A stretch of 64,000 bases of DNA from contig CAUYUJ010000137.1 of NCBI GenBank assembly GCA_963575745.1, forward strand, positions 496,001-560,000. Direction: 5' to 3'. This document shows, in pieces, positions 1 to 13,304 of the stretch. The DNA is from Prorocentrum cordatum. Its lineage: Eukaryota. The number at the start of each line of letters is the position of its first letter. Positions within the stretch are counted from its first letter, which is position 1. A program made the position numbers and the translations under genes. The notes under the pieces are model-generated. The model was not told the origin of the DNA, did not search any database, and was given only the letters and a program-made list of their open reading frames with translations.

Positions 1-512
1 CGAAGACCCGACTTTCGGGTTGGTGGGGTACGGGCTTCACAAGTGTTCTTTCAATGTTCTCCGACCACTCCACTGGAAATGGAGGGCAAATCGGAGCCTT
101 CGGGTTGGGTTGGGGTGGTTTGGTGGTCGGTGAGCGTTAGGATCCGACACGACCCGAAGTAACTTCGACGGTCGAGCTCCCGTGCCTGAGTTCCCCGCCT
201 CCCGCACGGGAGGAACGAGCGCCCTTCGCGGGGCGTGGGGAAGGCTGGATATTGCGTCAAGGGGTCCGTTCGGTGCGCGCGGCTGGAGGGGGAGGGGAAA
301 ACGCGCCGGCTGGCGGGGCGCGGCGTGGGGGGGAGGGGTTGACCAAAACTCCGCCCACGTGCTTGGCCGAGGAAATCCCACGAGAAAGAAGGCAGGAGGG
401 AGAAAGAGAGAGAGAGAGAGAAATCCCAAGGGGCGGCGCTCTGGCACCGGCGGCTGACTCAGTGCCTCGGGGGTTTCGAAACAAAAAGGGACTGCATGAT
501 CATCGCCCCCAA

Positions 513-850
513 TCAATAATTACAATCTGGACTGTAAGTGCTGCCCCCTATCTGGATACCTACAGCGTTCACCGAGTACTTGTAGCAGCTCTTCCCGTCG
601 AGCGTGCAAGTCTGCAAGACAGTCGGCGTCACTGCGTTGCCACCGATCGTTATGCCAATCGACGCGCCCGCGGGCAACTCACCGCCGTCCGTGCAGGTCG
701 GCGAACCGCCCGACGTGATGTTGCAGTTGTATTGCAGGATGTTCTCGCACGTCGGCTCCACGCACGTCTCTGGCGGGCCCACGAACGTGGTTACAGGGCA
801 GCAGCCGTCGTCGCCGAAGTCGGCGAAGGCGATCGGGCACCCGATCTTGC
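513..850 (-). CDS. Probable terminal exon of a Cys-rich host protein (GKIGCPIAF...YSPDCNY*)
   Basis: Pyrimidine tract plus AG acceptor (cttcctcttgcttcccccAG|GCAAG) at 851-852; stop-free, protein-like Cys/Gly/Thr-rich frame ending in TGA at 513-515. Confidence 0.6.
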
Positions 851-1307
851 CTGGGGGAAGCAAGAGGAAGGCCGAAGAGGGAGGGAAGAGGGAGGGGGGA
901 GGAGGGGGGAGGAAGGGGCAGGAGGAGGAGGAGGAGAGGGAAGAGGAGGAGGAGGAACAGCAGTTGGGGTCGGAGCAGCTGGGGTCGGAGGATCGCGGGC
1001 CGCATCTGCGCTGCGTCGGAGGATCGCACACTGCATGGACGAAGAAAAGGTGGGTTTATCCTGAACACACTGCGTCACCCGCGCACGGGCGGTGCTGGAG
1101 TAGGGACTATAGGCATACCACGACGCGTTCGTAGCAAAGGGGAGCGTCTTAAGATCAAGAACGGATATTCTTAAACATGAGGCCGACGTACGAAAGCAAA
1201 ACGGCATCGATCAGAAAATGAGGAGGAAAACAAACAAAAACAAACAAACAAACAAACAAACAAACAAACAAACAAAAAAACGCACCCCCCGAACAAGTAC
1301 AGAAAAA

Positions 1308-1539
1308 CTTCCCAAATGGGGTCGGAATAAATGGGGCCCGGGTATCGCGCCGCATCGCCAATACATCGCCGATGCATCGGCGTGGCATCGGCGATGCACG
1401 ATGCATCGTCGACGTGGGCGGTACATCGGCGACGTCGACGTGGAGAACATCGGGCTCCACGTCGAGCCGCGTCGCCGATGCATCGGCAAGGCGGCGAGAT
1501 CCTTCAATCCCCATCTTCTCCGACCACATCTAGGAGGCC
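1308..1539. repeat. MITE-like family A copy (internal 11-bp GCATCGGCGAT/ATCGCCGATGC repeats)
   Basis: Degenerate termini ttcccaaatggggtcgga...ctccgaccacatctaggaggcc; related copies near 960-1030, 6815-6978, 8940-9110, 27067-27286 and 28296-28490. Confidence 0.65.
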
Positions 1540-1699
1540 TGGATGGTGGGCTCACAGACGTGCCAGGACGCCTCGCCACTGCTTGAGACGCCGCCGGCGC
1601 GTCGGCGGAGAAGCGGGGGCGCTGCGCGGGGCAGCGGGCGCGACCACCGCCGCGCCCCGGAGCGAGGACGGGGAGGGGGAAGGAGGAGGGGGAGGAGGA

Positions 1700-4600
1700 G
1701 CGAACGTCACCTGAGGGGGCGACGGTCTGGTCAGCCGCGCCGCGGCGCGCCGGCTCACCCCGTCGGATCTGCGGGAAGATGGAGAGCACGGCGCGCGGCG
1801 GCGATGGCGGAAGTCTGCTTGCTGCACGTCATGGGCTGGACGTCATCTCTCGTCAGGTGGCATGCCCTGGCGGCCACGCTGAGGCGCGAGACCGAGTTCG
1901 GGATGCCATTCTCGCCGTCGAAGGGCTCTGACAAGTCACTGACGAGGGGGGCAGGGCGAGGCGCGCGAGAGGGTTGGCACTCAGCCGGCCACGCAGCAGG
2001 CTCAGCTGGCGCCACATCCGCTCGCGCACGAGGTGGTGCTGGACGCGGTCGTTACCCTGCGGGTGCGCGCGCCCAAAGTGGCAGGGGGTTGTCCTGAATG
2101 ACGTGCATTCTGTGTTTCGTAGCCCACGCGCCCGCGAACGCTTTCACAGCGGCCCACATCCTCGCTGGCGGCAACGTCGCGAGGTAGGTGCGTAGACGCT
2201 TCCAACGCGCTGGCAGGTCGGCTGGAACGCGCTGGAGCTGTGCAAGATCTGCTGGCTCGCTTTCATCTGCTGGTGAGTTTTCGTCGCGCATGTCGTCGTC
2301 GGGGTCGGCGCCTGAGTCAGGGATGCGGTACGGCAGGAAATTGGCAACCCATCGGCGTCTGGCTCGGTGCTGTGCGGCTCCATATTCGAACAATGCGTTC
2401 TGGCTGCGCGTGTCCTCCCCAATGTTGGTCACTCTCGTGAGACGCCGTTCGAGTAGCATGCGGCCGACGCCGCTGTTGCCCCACGGCTGCGCGCGCATGT
2501 TGACGGCGACGCGGCGGCGCTGAGCGTCCGCGTCGCACAACGGGGGGAACAGGCCGGTGCCGAGCAGTTCGCACAGCCAAATGTTGCACAACTGGGCCCA
2601 GTCGCCCCGGCCGTCGACGCGGCGGTCTCGAAGCAGGATGTCGGGGCGCCAATGAGACGCCCACGCTCGACGTCGTGTGAAAAGACGTTCTTGCCACGGC
2701 GGTGGCCGTTCGGCGGTTCGGGGGGGAGCTGCTTGACAGGGTCCAGAACAGCGAACTAGGCAAGAAGACGACGCTTGATGGTGTCGGGCATGGTGTCGAC
2801 GTAAAGCTGCTCGGTTAGTGGCATCATGCACGCTTTCTGTGGCGTGATCTTGGCAGGTTTGCGACGATGAGATCGGTCTTGTTGTTGTGATTCCTGCGCT
2901 GGCTGGCGTTGGAGGAGAGCTTGAAGGCCTGCTCGCGCAGCAAGCTTGCTCGCGCCAACGATTGCTGCGCGTGCGCGTGGTAGCGGCCCAGCAGCGCGAG
3001 TCAGACGTTTGAGATGAAAGCCTTGACAATCAAAGGAGAAGGTGGAGTTGGTGATGCCCTCGAAGCGCTGGACGATGGCGGTCTTGATTTCCCCCAGCGA
3101 TGATGTCTGGGCCTGGCAGCGCACAGGTGGGTGCGACGATGCACTTCTTCGCTTGGAGATGGAGACCCGCAAGCGTCTCGGCGGCGATCATGCTCGGGGC
3201 GATCGCACTGGCGTCGTGGAGTCTGGCGAGGATGACGCCTAGGTCGCCGGCGCAGGCGCTGACGAGGCCGCGCTCGATGGCCCTGAGCTCGGAGCTGATG
3301 GCCGCGATGATAGGGCCGAAGAAGAGGGCCCAGAATGCGCCACTCATGGGGCAGCCTTGAGCTATACCCGATGCCGCGGCGAGCGGCGGGCGTCGCTCTC
3401 CCCCATGTCCAGGCGCGAAACCGGCCAGCGGCAGCAGACCTGGATAAGGCGCAGCATGTTACCGTGAACGCCCCAGCGCGTGAAGGAGTTCCACATCGAC
3501 GGATGGCCGAGACTCGGGAAGGCGGCCGCGCTGTCCATGCTGACGAGGACGGGCATGTCTGCCGATGCTGAAGGTGATCGGCTGAGTTGTCTGGCGGCTG
3601 CGTCTACCACGACAACGTTGTTCACAAACTGGCGGCAGCTGACGATGCCCTGCTGCTCGGGGGGCGCCTGGGCGGCGAGGGCGCGGACCTGGCGGTCGGC
3701 GGCGGAGACCGACAACTCCGCGCCCGAGCTCTTCATTGATAGCGGACGAAGGCAATCTGGAGCGCGAGTGCACTCTGCGCTGTTACTCGGCTCGTCGCCT
3801 TTTCGGCAACATTGCCATGCGGGAGTAGAGGTCGTGCGGAATGTTGTCGTTGGCGGCGACGTCGTTGCAAGCGTCGGCCAGAATGTCGAGGCTGCCAGGC
3901 GCGCGGGGCCGCGCCTTGCATGGAAGAGCGGCCGGGCCAGGCGCGGAGCCCCCAGCAAGCCCGGCGGCTTTCTCGAGCGCCCGCGCGCCAGGTAGCGGGA
4001 GGTCGGCAGGTCGACGCCGAGCGAAGATGGAATCCAGGTACTCGGCGAGGCGCATGACAGCCACGTGTTCCCCTGCAAATACTAGGGCCCAATGCCGCGC
4101 GATGGCCTGGTGCATGGCTGCGGGGTCAGTCGCTGCGCTGGCCAAGCTGTCGGCGATGACCTCGGCGCCCAACGCGAGGCGCTTGGAAAATGGTTCCCGC
4201 TGTTCTCCGCGAAGCCCTTCACGCGGGGCGCGCTGGCGCCATTTTTGGCAGAGGGGGGCGTCATTGACTGCGCGTGCTGCTCCCGAACGGGCTGCCGCAG
4301 GCGCCTTGCGCTCATCGCCGAGGCAGGCGTGCGTGGAGTCAGTCGCCACGGAGAAGTTCATGTCGTCGATGCCGACGGCGCCCGCCACGATCTCCAGTTG
4401 GGGCCCGCCGGCGCCGGCGTTCTCGATCAGAGCCTTCGCGAGCGGGGCGATCTGATGCCAGACGGCCCTGGCGACGCCGCGCAGGGCCCCGGCTCGGGCC
4501 TCGCGAGATACCGAGGCAGACTGCGACTGCAACTCGGCGGCAAAGATCTTGGCGAGCACGTTGCGTGCTCCGGCCCGCGCAGGCGGATGCGCAGGTGCAT

Positions 4601-6646
4601 GATCTTGCGGTGGCTGATGGGGCCCTTGCCGTTCTCGAGCGGCGAGTCGTCGGAAACGCAGATTGTCTCCATGGGGGGCACGAGGCATGAAGCAGCGGTC
4701 AGCCGTCGATTCACTCATGGCGGCTTGGAATCTGCGCGTCGTGGGCGGAGCGGCAATCTCGATCGCGTCGCGGAACAGGTTGCGCCAGAAGCCGGGCTGG
4801 CATTGCTAGCGCTGCGCGGCTGTGGCGTCGGCGCACACGGGGGCGTCGATCGACTTCGGCGGGAATTCGGAGACGTTGAAGTCCCCCGCTATGACAAGGT
4901 GACGGCGGCGCGGTTGCTCGCCAGCACGAAGCCGAAGCGCAAGCCCCTGGTCGCGGAGATGAAGCCGATCGGCAGGAGTGAAGCCGCAATTGTGGACGTT
5001 GGGGACGGCGACTTCAAACTGGAGGCTGGCATCCGAGACTGGCAGACAAGCGGCGCGGCCAGGGATGGCGACCTCGAACCTGGCGCGAGGATGGAGTTAT
5101 TGCGGAAGGTGCTGTTCATTCCTGCCGAACGGAACCAGGAAGCCGACGCCGCCCGCGTTGGTGACGGGTGCGCCGCCGACGATCATCGAGGAGTTGCACG
5201 GCTTGTATTTGTGCTGCGTGGAATTGGCCAGGACGGTGAAGTCGACCAAAGTGCCATGCATTTCTTGCACTGCACTGAGAGCACGCTGTCCGAAGTAAGG
5301 CAGAAGTGGGCGAAGCTCACCAGCGCAACGCTGGTCTGAATGACCAAGTAGAGCTCGAGTGCTCCAGGAAGCGACGTTGAGGCCCTCCTGCGGGGGCGCG
5401 AGGAGCCAAGGGCTTCAGTGGTGGCTGAAGCCACTGTGCAGCAGAGAGCGCGTCTGCGAAGTTGGACTCGAACTCGGACTGGATTTCCTGCTGGATGGGA
5501 GCCGTCGAAGCCTGGGTAGACAGCAGCGCGGGACCACTGGAGCTTAGTAGGCACGACAGCTGTGCCACCAAAGAAAAGGCGCACCACAACTTCACCACGG
5601 CTCGGCACGAAGTCCAATGTTCCGCGTGGACTTAGGTCGATTTCTGACTTTGCATGTTGCATGATCTTGGCGAGGCGGTCGACCTGGATCTCTGCGCGCA
5701 CAGCGTTCGGTCTTCCGTCGGCCGACACGTGGAGAGGAACGTGCGAACCATGAGCCACATGAGAAAGAAAAAAAAAAGTTGCCCGCGCACGCGCCGTGCC
5801 CGAAGCTCCGCAACCACGGTACCACCGCTGACTTGTAACGAGTGGCGCTTGGCGGGGCCGACTGTGCTGAAAATGGTCATGTTCTTGTTGATCTCGGCTT
5901 TCGAGAACCAGTCTGCGAAGGCGCGCTCGAGCTCGGGCTGAGTGAACTCCTGCGGGCTGCTGCGCCAGTACGTGGTGGGGCCAGGGTCGCGATCCCAGGT
6001 GCCCAGTCCATCCAGGTTGAGCACACGTACTCTGGCTTCTGCAGATGTGACGATGGCTTCCAGCTCGGCGACGGCGACTCTGAGGTCGATGTTCTGCTGC
6101 TCGAGGATGTTGGTGCGCTCATTGGCTGCGGTGATATTTCGTTATGTAGCTTCGTGACGTTAGCTGAGCTCTGCGGTGATCTGCGTGCGATTGGCGAGGA
6201 ATTCGTTGCTAGCTTGCGCAATGACGGCTCTGGCGGTACCTTCGAACTTGTCTGAAGCGTCTCTGATTTGTGCGGCCATGATCTCCTCAAGCTGCTTTCG
6301 AACGTGAACGGGCAAGCCGTGCACTGCAAGCTTCGCTGCTCCATCATGCCATGGGTCCGGTTGTCGTTTGGCACCATCGTAGTCTTGACCACTGGCTGCT
6401 GATGACGTTGGTGTTGCTGCGAATGGTGTCGTTGGCGTTCCCATGGGAGCACGCTGATTGCCTGCGCCAGCCTCGGTCGATCGCGCGTGGAGGCTGCTGC
6501 AGGCGAGTGCAGGGCCGAATACGAAGCTTAACCAGCAGGGCAGCTGGAAGGCGTGGGATGGAAAGCAGGTCCTCAGCTGTCCCTGGACCAAGGATCTCCG
6601 TGCTCTGCCACAGGGCGGAATCTTCTTGAGCCAAAACTGCTACGGT
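1700..6646 (-). mobile_element. Decayed LINE (non-LTR retrotransposon) 1: SL, ORF1-like, APE endonuclease, RT, C-terminal region
   Basis: APE motif LVIAGDFN (GDFN 4875-4886); RT motifs LRPLSM, MDSAAAFPSLGH, QGCPMSG (~3340-3359) and ACAGD (degenerate xADD, 3243-3257); coiled-coil ORF1-like pieces ~5330-6450; many stops and frameshifts; GGA-rich tracts at 1670-1700 and 6647-6707. Confidence 0.85.
6625..6646 (-). other. Genomic dinoflagellate spliced-leader copy at the 5' end of LINE 1
   Basis: Reverse complement ACCGTAGCAGTTTTGGCTCAAG matches DinoSL at 20/22. Confidence 0.85.
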
Positions 6647-6984
6647 GGAGGAGAAGGAGTAAGAGGAGGAGGAGGAGGAGGAGGAGGAGGAGGAGGAGGA
6701 GGGGGAGATGGACTGCTTGACAGCTGGGGTCCTCTCGGACCCGGAGCTCGGAGATCGCCGCGGGCGGCGCCCCAGGAACGCCGCCCGAGGCTTCGGTGGG
6801 GGGGCCTGGCTAGAGGTCTCCTAGATGGGGTCGGAGCGCATGTGGTCGGAGGATCGCGCAGCATCGCCGATGCATCGGCGATGCATCGGCGATGCATCGG
6901 CGATGCTTCGGCGACGTCGGCGTGGAGAGAACCGGTCCCCGCATCGAGCCGCACCGTCGATGAATCGGGGATGCGGCGCGCTGA

Positions 6985-7152
6985 CTACCTGCCAGACCAC
7001 CCCAACCCAACCCGAAGACCCGAATTTCGGGTTTGGGGGGGAGGCACAGGTTCCAAAAATGTTGTTGTCAATGTTCCCCCAACCACCCCACACTGGAAAT
7101 GGAGGGCAAACTGAGGCCTTCGGGCTGGGTTGGGGTGGTTTGGTGGGTGGTG
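6985..7152. repeat. MITE-like family B
   Basis: TIR ccagaccaccccaacccaacccgaag ... cttcgggctgggttggggtggtttgg; other copies at 1-133 (cut by the window edge) and 9151-9331. Confidence 0.7.
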
Positions 7153-7226
7153 AGGAGCAGGCCCGAACAGTCCGCGCGGACCTCGCAAAACTCCATGCGC
7201 TTACGCCGCTTTCTGGTCGTAAGTGC

Positions 7227-7392
7227 CTGGGGTGGGCTCCACGACGTCGCCGAACAGCGGCTTGCACTTCTGGTCCGAGGTGCACGTGCTGGTCACCGAG
7301 CAGCAGCCCATCCCGCACTTCACGTCCACGATGCCGCACCTCGCAGTCCGGGGAGCCCACCCCCCGCTCGGCGTGTCGGAGCGGCTCCGCAC
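7227..7392 (-). CDS. Probable upstream exon of the same Cys-rich protein (VRSRSD...CGMGCCSVTSTC...VEPTP)
   Basis: Acceptor ccttctgcgccAG|GTG and GC donor CCAG|gcac; 166 nt = 55 codons + 1 nt, which joins in phase with exon 513-850 (CCA G|GC AAG = P-G-K). Confidence 0.55.
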
Positions 7393-7537
7393 CTGGCGCA
7401 GAAGGCAACCCGGCGCACACCGCCACGCGCGCGCCTGGGCCAGGGCCATCCTGGGCCCTGGCCTGGCTAGACGAGCGCGCTCCACTACTCGCAAGTAGCC
7501 ACTGGCAAATGGCCTCCATCCGCCGCGGGGAATTTAC

Positions 7538-7668
7538 TATATATATATAAACACGTACAGATGTGTATATATATATGTATATATATATGCATATATGTAA
7601 ATACACATACAGATGTGTGTAAATATATACATGTATATATATATATGTATATATATATATATACATAG
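7538..7668. repeat. (TA)n-rich microsatellite
   Basis: Imperfect TA/TG/CA dinucleotide run. Confidence 0.9.
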
Positions 7669-10104
7669 ATTACACCATACAAAAGCGTATGGTTATTCGG
7701 GCGTTTGCGAGTAGGCACTCTGCGGGTCGCGGAGCCCGCTCGGCGAATGGCGTGCGCACACGCCCGTCCTGGCCGAGGCCTGGAGGCTCTGCACGACAGG
7801 GCCAGCCCCCGGCTCGCCCCTGTCCCTCGGGTGGGCGTGCCCAGACGCGATGGCCGCCCTGGGGATGCGACCTCAGACACCGAGGGAATCCGTAAGATCG
7901 GCATCCAGGTGAGGCGATGCCAGTCCTAGGGAGAGGGGTGTTGCCAGGCTGGTAACACCACCCCGGGCCCCCATCCCCCATCCTTCAGCCACCTTCCCCG
8001 AGCCGGATCGATCTGCGAGGGTCCTGGGGCCAGACACGGGGGAAAAACGCCCGTTGTGAAACAAATGCAACGCCCGGATCCGAGGGTACGTACGTCTTCG
8101 GTGGCAACTCACGGGAGCCTCCCATACCATCTTGTCGGCTCTTGCGAATCGACGCTGATCCGCGCTGAATCGACGCCAACCTGATTACCAGACGCTAATC
8201 GACACTAGTGCGCTCCAAAGACGCACCCACGAAGGCACGCAAGGCTCCCATGCTCTGCCCCGAGCGCGCCCGTCATGGCCGAGGTCGCGGGGCTCTGCAC
8301 ACCAGCCTCGGGGCACGGGGTGGCCTTGGCCCAGGCCCCGTCGAGGATCTAACAGCACACTCCCATGCCCGTGGGGGGTCGGGGGGCTGGTTGTTGCATT
8401 CCCAAAAAAAAATTGAATTCGATAAGCCAGCACCTGTTTTTGAATACAAAAATCTGACTTTGAATTCAAAAACCCGTGGGGGGTCGGGGGGCTGGTTGTT
8501 GAATTCAAAAACAAGCACCGGCTGAGGGTGTGGGTGCGGATCCTCGGACCCTGGGTGGGGCTCCCCTGCGAGCGGGGAGGCCCCTCCAGCAACACGCGCA
8601 CCCATGACTCCCTCCGCCACCCCCTATGGGTATGGGTGCGTGCACAGGGTGCCCCTCTGCGAACGCCTGCGCGCTGCGGCCCGCCGCCTGCAGCAGCCCC
8701 ACCCCGTCGCTCTCCTCCGGGAGAGGCCCAAAAAAGCCCCGACGGAGCACTGCCAGAGCCGATGGAGGAAGTACGCACAGTGAGGATGCAAGGGCCTTGC
8801 ACGCCCAAGCCGGAGCTCTCGAGCGGCACTGGCCATCGAAGAGGGGTGGGGGCAGGGTAGGGGTGGACCGAGGAGGCAAGGGTTACGAGGGGTACCTCTG
8901 GGAAGACTTTATGCATCCTCACTATCGGTATCGACTGCGAAGCCTCCCAGACGGGGTCCGAGTAGATGTGGTCGGAGGATCGCGCCGCATCGCCGCCGCA
9001 TCGCAGATGCATCGCCGATACATCGGCGCCGTCGGCGCGGAAGAGATCGGGCTCCACATCGCGCCGCATCGCCGATGCATCGCCGATGCATCGGCGAGCG
9101 GCAGCGATGTGGCGCGACCATGCGACCGCACAGCCGCTCCGACCTGACCTGACTACCTACCAGACCACCCCCACCCAACCCGAAGACCCGAATTTCGCCT
9201 GAATTCCGGGTTGGAGGAGGTACGGGCCTCATGTGTGTGTTTGTCCATGTTCCCGTGCCCCCACCCCACCGGACATCGAGGGCAGATCGGAGCCCTCGGG
9301 CTGGGTTGGGGTGGCTTCGTGGGCGGTGGTGGCCTGGGAGGCCCAGAGACTGTCAGCCCAGGCAGAGGCCGAGCGCTCCGTGCGGGCCTCCTCCGCACGG
9401 CTTCGGCACCCCGTCGCTCTACTCGGCCGCCGCGGCGCAGCCCTCGGGGGGCGCCGCCCCGGCCGCCGCCAGGACGAGCGCCAGGGCCGCGGAGGCCCGG
9501 GCGGGGAGCGCCATCGGGCGTTCTGCCGCGCGGAGGGGGGCGGGGCGCGCACCTGCAGAGGCCTCCCAGAGGAGCGACGAACAGAAACGGGTCTTACGCG
9601 GGATGGCACACAGGACAGCCCGTACGAGAAGGAGGCACGAGAAGGATGCCAGGGCCTTGGAAGGTCACGTCGACACTTTGCGAGCAGGGCGCGCCCAGCG
9701 AAAGCGTTCAAGGATGGGCCGAATGGGGAAGGATGCAAGGGAAACCTTGGAAAGTTGCACATCCGTACAGCGCGGGTTGACTTACAGTCATCGTGCCAGT
9801 ATAGGGAACGCATAATAACAAAACGACGGGGATTTGTTTCTGGCCACGGGCCACAAACAGGTTAGACGACTGAACAATAAGGAACGGCCCAAAACCCCGA
9901 GCCCCTCCTAAGCCCTAAGCGGTCCTTATATCAGAGCCTTGGCTATCTCGATCTTACGCGACTGCGTACGCGGGCCGCCAACGCGGAACGCCACACTGGA
10001 AGCGAGTGTGCTTGCACGCGAACTTACGCGGGCAGCTTACGCGCCAATGTCGGTGAAAACGACCCCCCGAGCATTCGAGCCCGAGACGGGTAATTAAGGG
10101 GCCT

Positions 10105-10320
10105 TGCGTTCGCGTTGCACTGTTTTGCGTTGCGTTGCACAACTTTGACTTGCTCTGCATTGCTCTGTGTTGCTCTGCATTGCGTTGAATTGCGTTGATT
10201 TGCGTTGCGTTGCGTTGAGTTGCGTCGCATTGCTTTGCGTTGCATTGATTTGCATTGCTTTGCATTGCTTTGCATTACAGCGCATTACTTTGCATTGCTA
10301 TGCATCGTTTTGCATTGCGT
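10105..10320. repeat. Pentanucleotide (TTGCR)n satellite
   Basis: Tandem ttgcg/ttgca/ttgct units. Confidence 0.9.
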
Positions 10321-11177
10321 AGCGCCACTTAGACTGCACCACGTGGATTGCAAGAACTCACTGCTTAGGGTCAACTGGCTAGCAAACATAGATACATATA
10401 GACAGGTACGTAGTGCGACAAGCAAACAACACACATCTAACAACACCCCAAAAAACAATAACATCAATATCATACTGGTGACACGCACGTGATAGCTCTA
10501 CGATTTCCGAATCCACTACCGTGCTTTCGGCACGTTGGGGCATGTCTGGCAAGGGGTCTGCAATGTCCCCGACACCGCCCCCCACCCGCGCGCGGGGTCA
10601 ACAGTCTGCCCCCCCCCCCCCCCGAGTTGCTGCTCGGCGCGCTTGTCGACATCGAGACGGCGCAAAGATAACAGAAGACCGCCCCGACATGACTGCAAGT
10701 CGCCCCAAGGCAATCGAAAAGCTGCCAAACGAGCCCCCAAGGCTCCACGATCTCCCCAGATCTGTCCAAGACGCCCCAAAAAGCGTCCAAGGGACCAGCG
10801 AGGCCGTACGGGCAAAAACCGTTGAAAAAACATAAGATCTATAGCATGTGCTTCCGAAGCTGTTCGGCTTCAGATCGCTTTGGTGGAGACCCCCAAGTCG
10901 GCCCCAGGGGGCTACACGACGGCCCCAACATGGTCTCTACTTCGTACTGAGCTCTTCGGAAGAGCTCGGTGCGACCATCGCACCCAAGACTGCACCGAAC
11001 CCTCCGACGGGCCCCCAAGCAGGCCCTCAAGATGCCATCGAGACGCCTTAAAAACCCAAGATCCCAATGTGCCTTCAAGAGGGAGGCCGAAGGAGGGAGG
11101 GAAGGGGAGGCAGGAAGGACAAGGAGATCGAAGCTGCGGACGAGAAGAATAGAAGAAGAATCAGAAGAAATAAAGGA

Positions 11178-11338
11178 TATAAACATAAACTGTTGGCGTT
11201 CCGCGCGGATTTCTTGGATCCGCGCTGGACCCCCTCCCTGGTGCGCGGAGCGCGCCAGGGGCGGCGCCGGAGGCGCCGCAAGGGGGTCCAGCGGGGATCC
11301 AAGAAATCCGCGCGCAGCGCCAACAGTTAATGTTTATA
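11178..11338. repeat. MITE-like fold-back family C
   Basis: Arms of ~55-60 bp, tataaacataaactgttggcg..cgcgcggatttcttggatcc and its complement; copies at 23221-23378, 26692-26846 and partial ~12090-12185. Confidence 0.8.
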
Positions 11339-12718
11339 GCGTTTTTTCTTTTTCGAAAGAGGGCACTAAAGACCCGCACGACCTTAGGCAAAGCACCGAG
11401 CTGGAGCGGACATCGAACTCGACATCTGTCCAGCTGCGCTGCTGCGCTGGCACGGTGGCGGGGCTTGTCGCAGACCGCTGGATGACAGGTTCGGCAAGAT
11501 CTGGGACCCCTGCAAACTTAGGTCGGGCATGTCCCCCTACAGGCGGATTCCGGACGAAAAATGCAAAATAATCTTACAGATAATCAACAATAGTCAAAAA
11601 ATACTAAAAACAAATCGTCCCGAAACTATTGTTTGACTATTTTTGAAGATTCCTCCTATAGAGGGACGAGCCCGACTTAGGACTGCACTTCACACAGCCG
11701 TCATACTGAGAGAATGGATGTGATGGCAGCGTGTGCCCGCGGCTGAGGCAATCTCGGACGAACGGAGCACCTCGATTGATATGCTGGACCCGCCGATCGC
11801 AATCACACAAAACGAGAACCATGCTGCGCACTCCAGCACGGCAAAGCCCAGCCCACGATCAGGGAGGCACGCACGAACGCATCACCGCTCAGCCAGCGCG
11901 ATGGAAGGGCGACGATCAGAAGTCGTACACCACGGCGCGCGCAGGCACACGCCCGCCGCACACGTCGAGGCCGAGCGAACGTGCCGCACCATCCAAGCGT
12001 CCGAAGCGGGGCCCGAGGAATTGCAACAGTGCAACACCGCACGCGGGAGACACCCGTGAGAGAAGGGACAGAGACAGAGACCACGGCATCAACACAAACT
12101 CTTCGAGGTCCGCGCGGGCTTCCTGGATCTGCGCCGGACCGCCCTCACGGGGGGCGCGCGGAGCGCCAGGCAGGGCCGTCCAGCGTGCGCGCCCAGCTCT
12201 TCGTCACCATAGGGGCTGGACGGCGCCGAGAGGCCCCACCTGCGCCGCCTCCTCCTCCTCCCCCTCCTCCTCCTCCTCCTCCTCCTCCTCCTCCCTCCGC
12301 AGCTCGCCCGAGCCCGTGGAACTAAGCGAGGGCACGGCTCGGCCGTCGCCGCCGGGACGGGGCGCCCGAGCCGGGCGGCCGCGCACGACGAGAGGCGCAG
12401 AGGCCGGGAGGGGCGGGGGGGCGGGGGCGGAGCGCGCGTCAAGGGTCTCCAGGAAGCGGGGGGACCTCCAGGAGGGGCGGGGCAGAGGCCAGGAGGGGCG
12501 GGGGGGCGGAGCGCGCGTCGAGGGAGGGGCGGGGGGGCCTCCAGGAAGCGGCCGAGAGAGGAGCCCCCTCGGGCGCCCTCCGAGGAGCCGCGAGGGCTCG
12601 GCCGAGCCCTTTAGGCGGCAGCTCGGGGGAGCCTCCGGTGCCGTCTTGCTGTTTCTGGCGCTCGCGAACCGACGCTGACCGACGCTTGCCGACGCTCCTC
12701 GAGGCCAATCGGAGCGAG

Positions 12719-13085
12719 ATCCGCCGACCCCTTGTGGGTCTAGGTGTGTGAGATCTTCCCCCCCCATACGTAAGCCCCCCCTGGGACCCCAGACCAGAAA
12801 TTTGACCCCCCCTTTGGCCGCGCAAGACCCCCGGCCGAACTCACCAGGGGGGGTCTGGCCCTCCCCAGGCTCGCTTTGGAGCTCCAATACAGGCCCTTGG
12901 GCGTTCCAAGAGGTTCCCAGCACCGGCCCACAGGGCCCATCGTCGCCGAAAAATCGTTCCAAGACGCCCACGATGGCCTCCAGACGGCCCAAGATGGCCT
13001 CCAGACGGCCCACGATGGCCTGGTGGAATGCAGTCCTGGACGCGCAGTAGTTTACAGAGGGGTCGGCGGATGTGGCGCAAGCCTG
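12719..13085 (+). mobile_element. Small non-autonomous element with Helentron/DINE-like ends
   Basis: Perfect 14-bp inverted pair ATCCGCCGACCCCT (12719-12732) / AGGGGTCGGCGGAT (13058-13071); 5' hairpin gaccc-cttgt-gggtc; 3' mini-hairpin ggc-gcaa-gcc; internal 21-bp tandem ccc(a)agatggcctccagacgg. Confidence 0.5.
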
Positions 13086-13304
13086 CAGAATCGATGCGAA
13101 TCGCCGCTAAGTCGGCGCATCGTCACCGACTACCAGGCGCCAGCGCGCGCGAGTGCACTCGAAAGACGGAGCTTGCGAGGACACGCAAGGCTCCCATGGG
13201 TCTGCCAGCGAAGGCTCTGCCGAGCCACGTCCTCGGCAAGGCCCGCCCGCTGCCTCCCCCCGCTGGCTGCGCGAGTGCAGCGCGCGCACTCGCGGCGCCC
13301 CCTC

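Noticed and set aside
1755..1945. Apparent small host exons (DLSEPFDGENGIP...)
   Set aside because: They continue the LINE 1 ORF2 C-terminal region and end before its (CCT)-rich tail.
4092..5339. 415-aa plus-strand ORF (similarly 55608-type antisense ORFs over the YR element, e.g. 56383-57369)
   Set aside because: Antisense shadows of GC-rich retroelement coding strands.
6625..6646. SL RNA gene
   Set aside because: The SL is followed by LINE sequence, not by the GT donor and short intron of an SL RNA gene; the same holds at 38719-38755.
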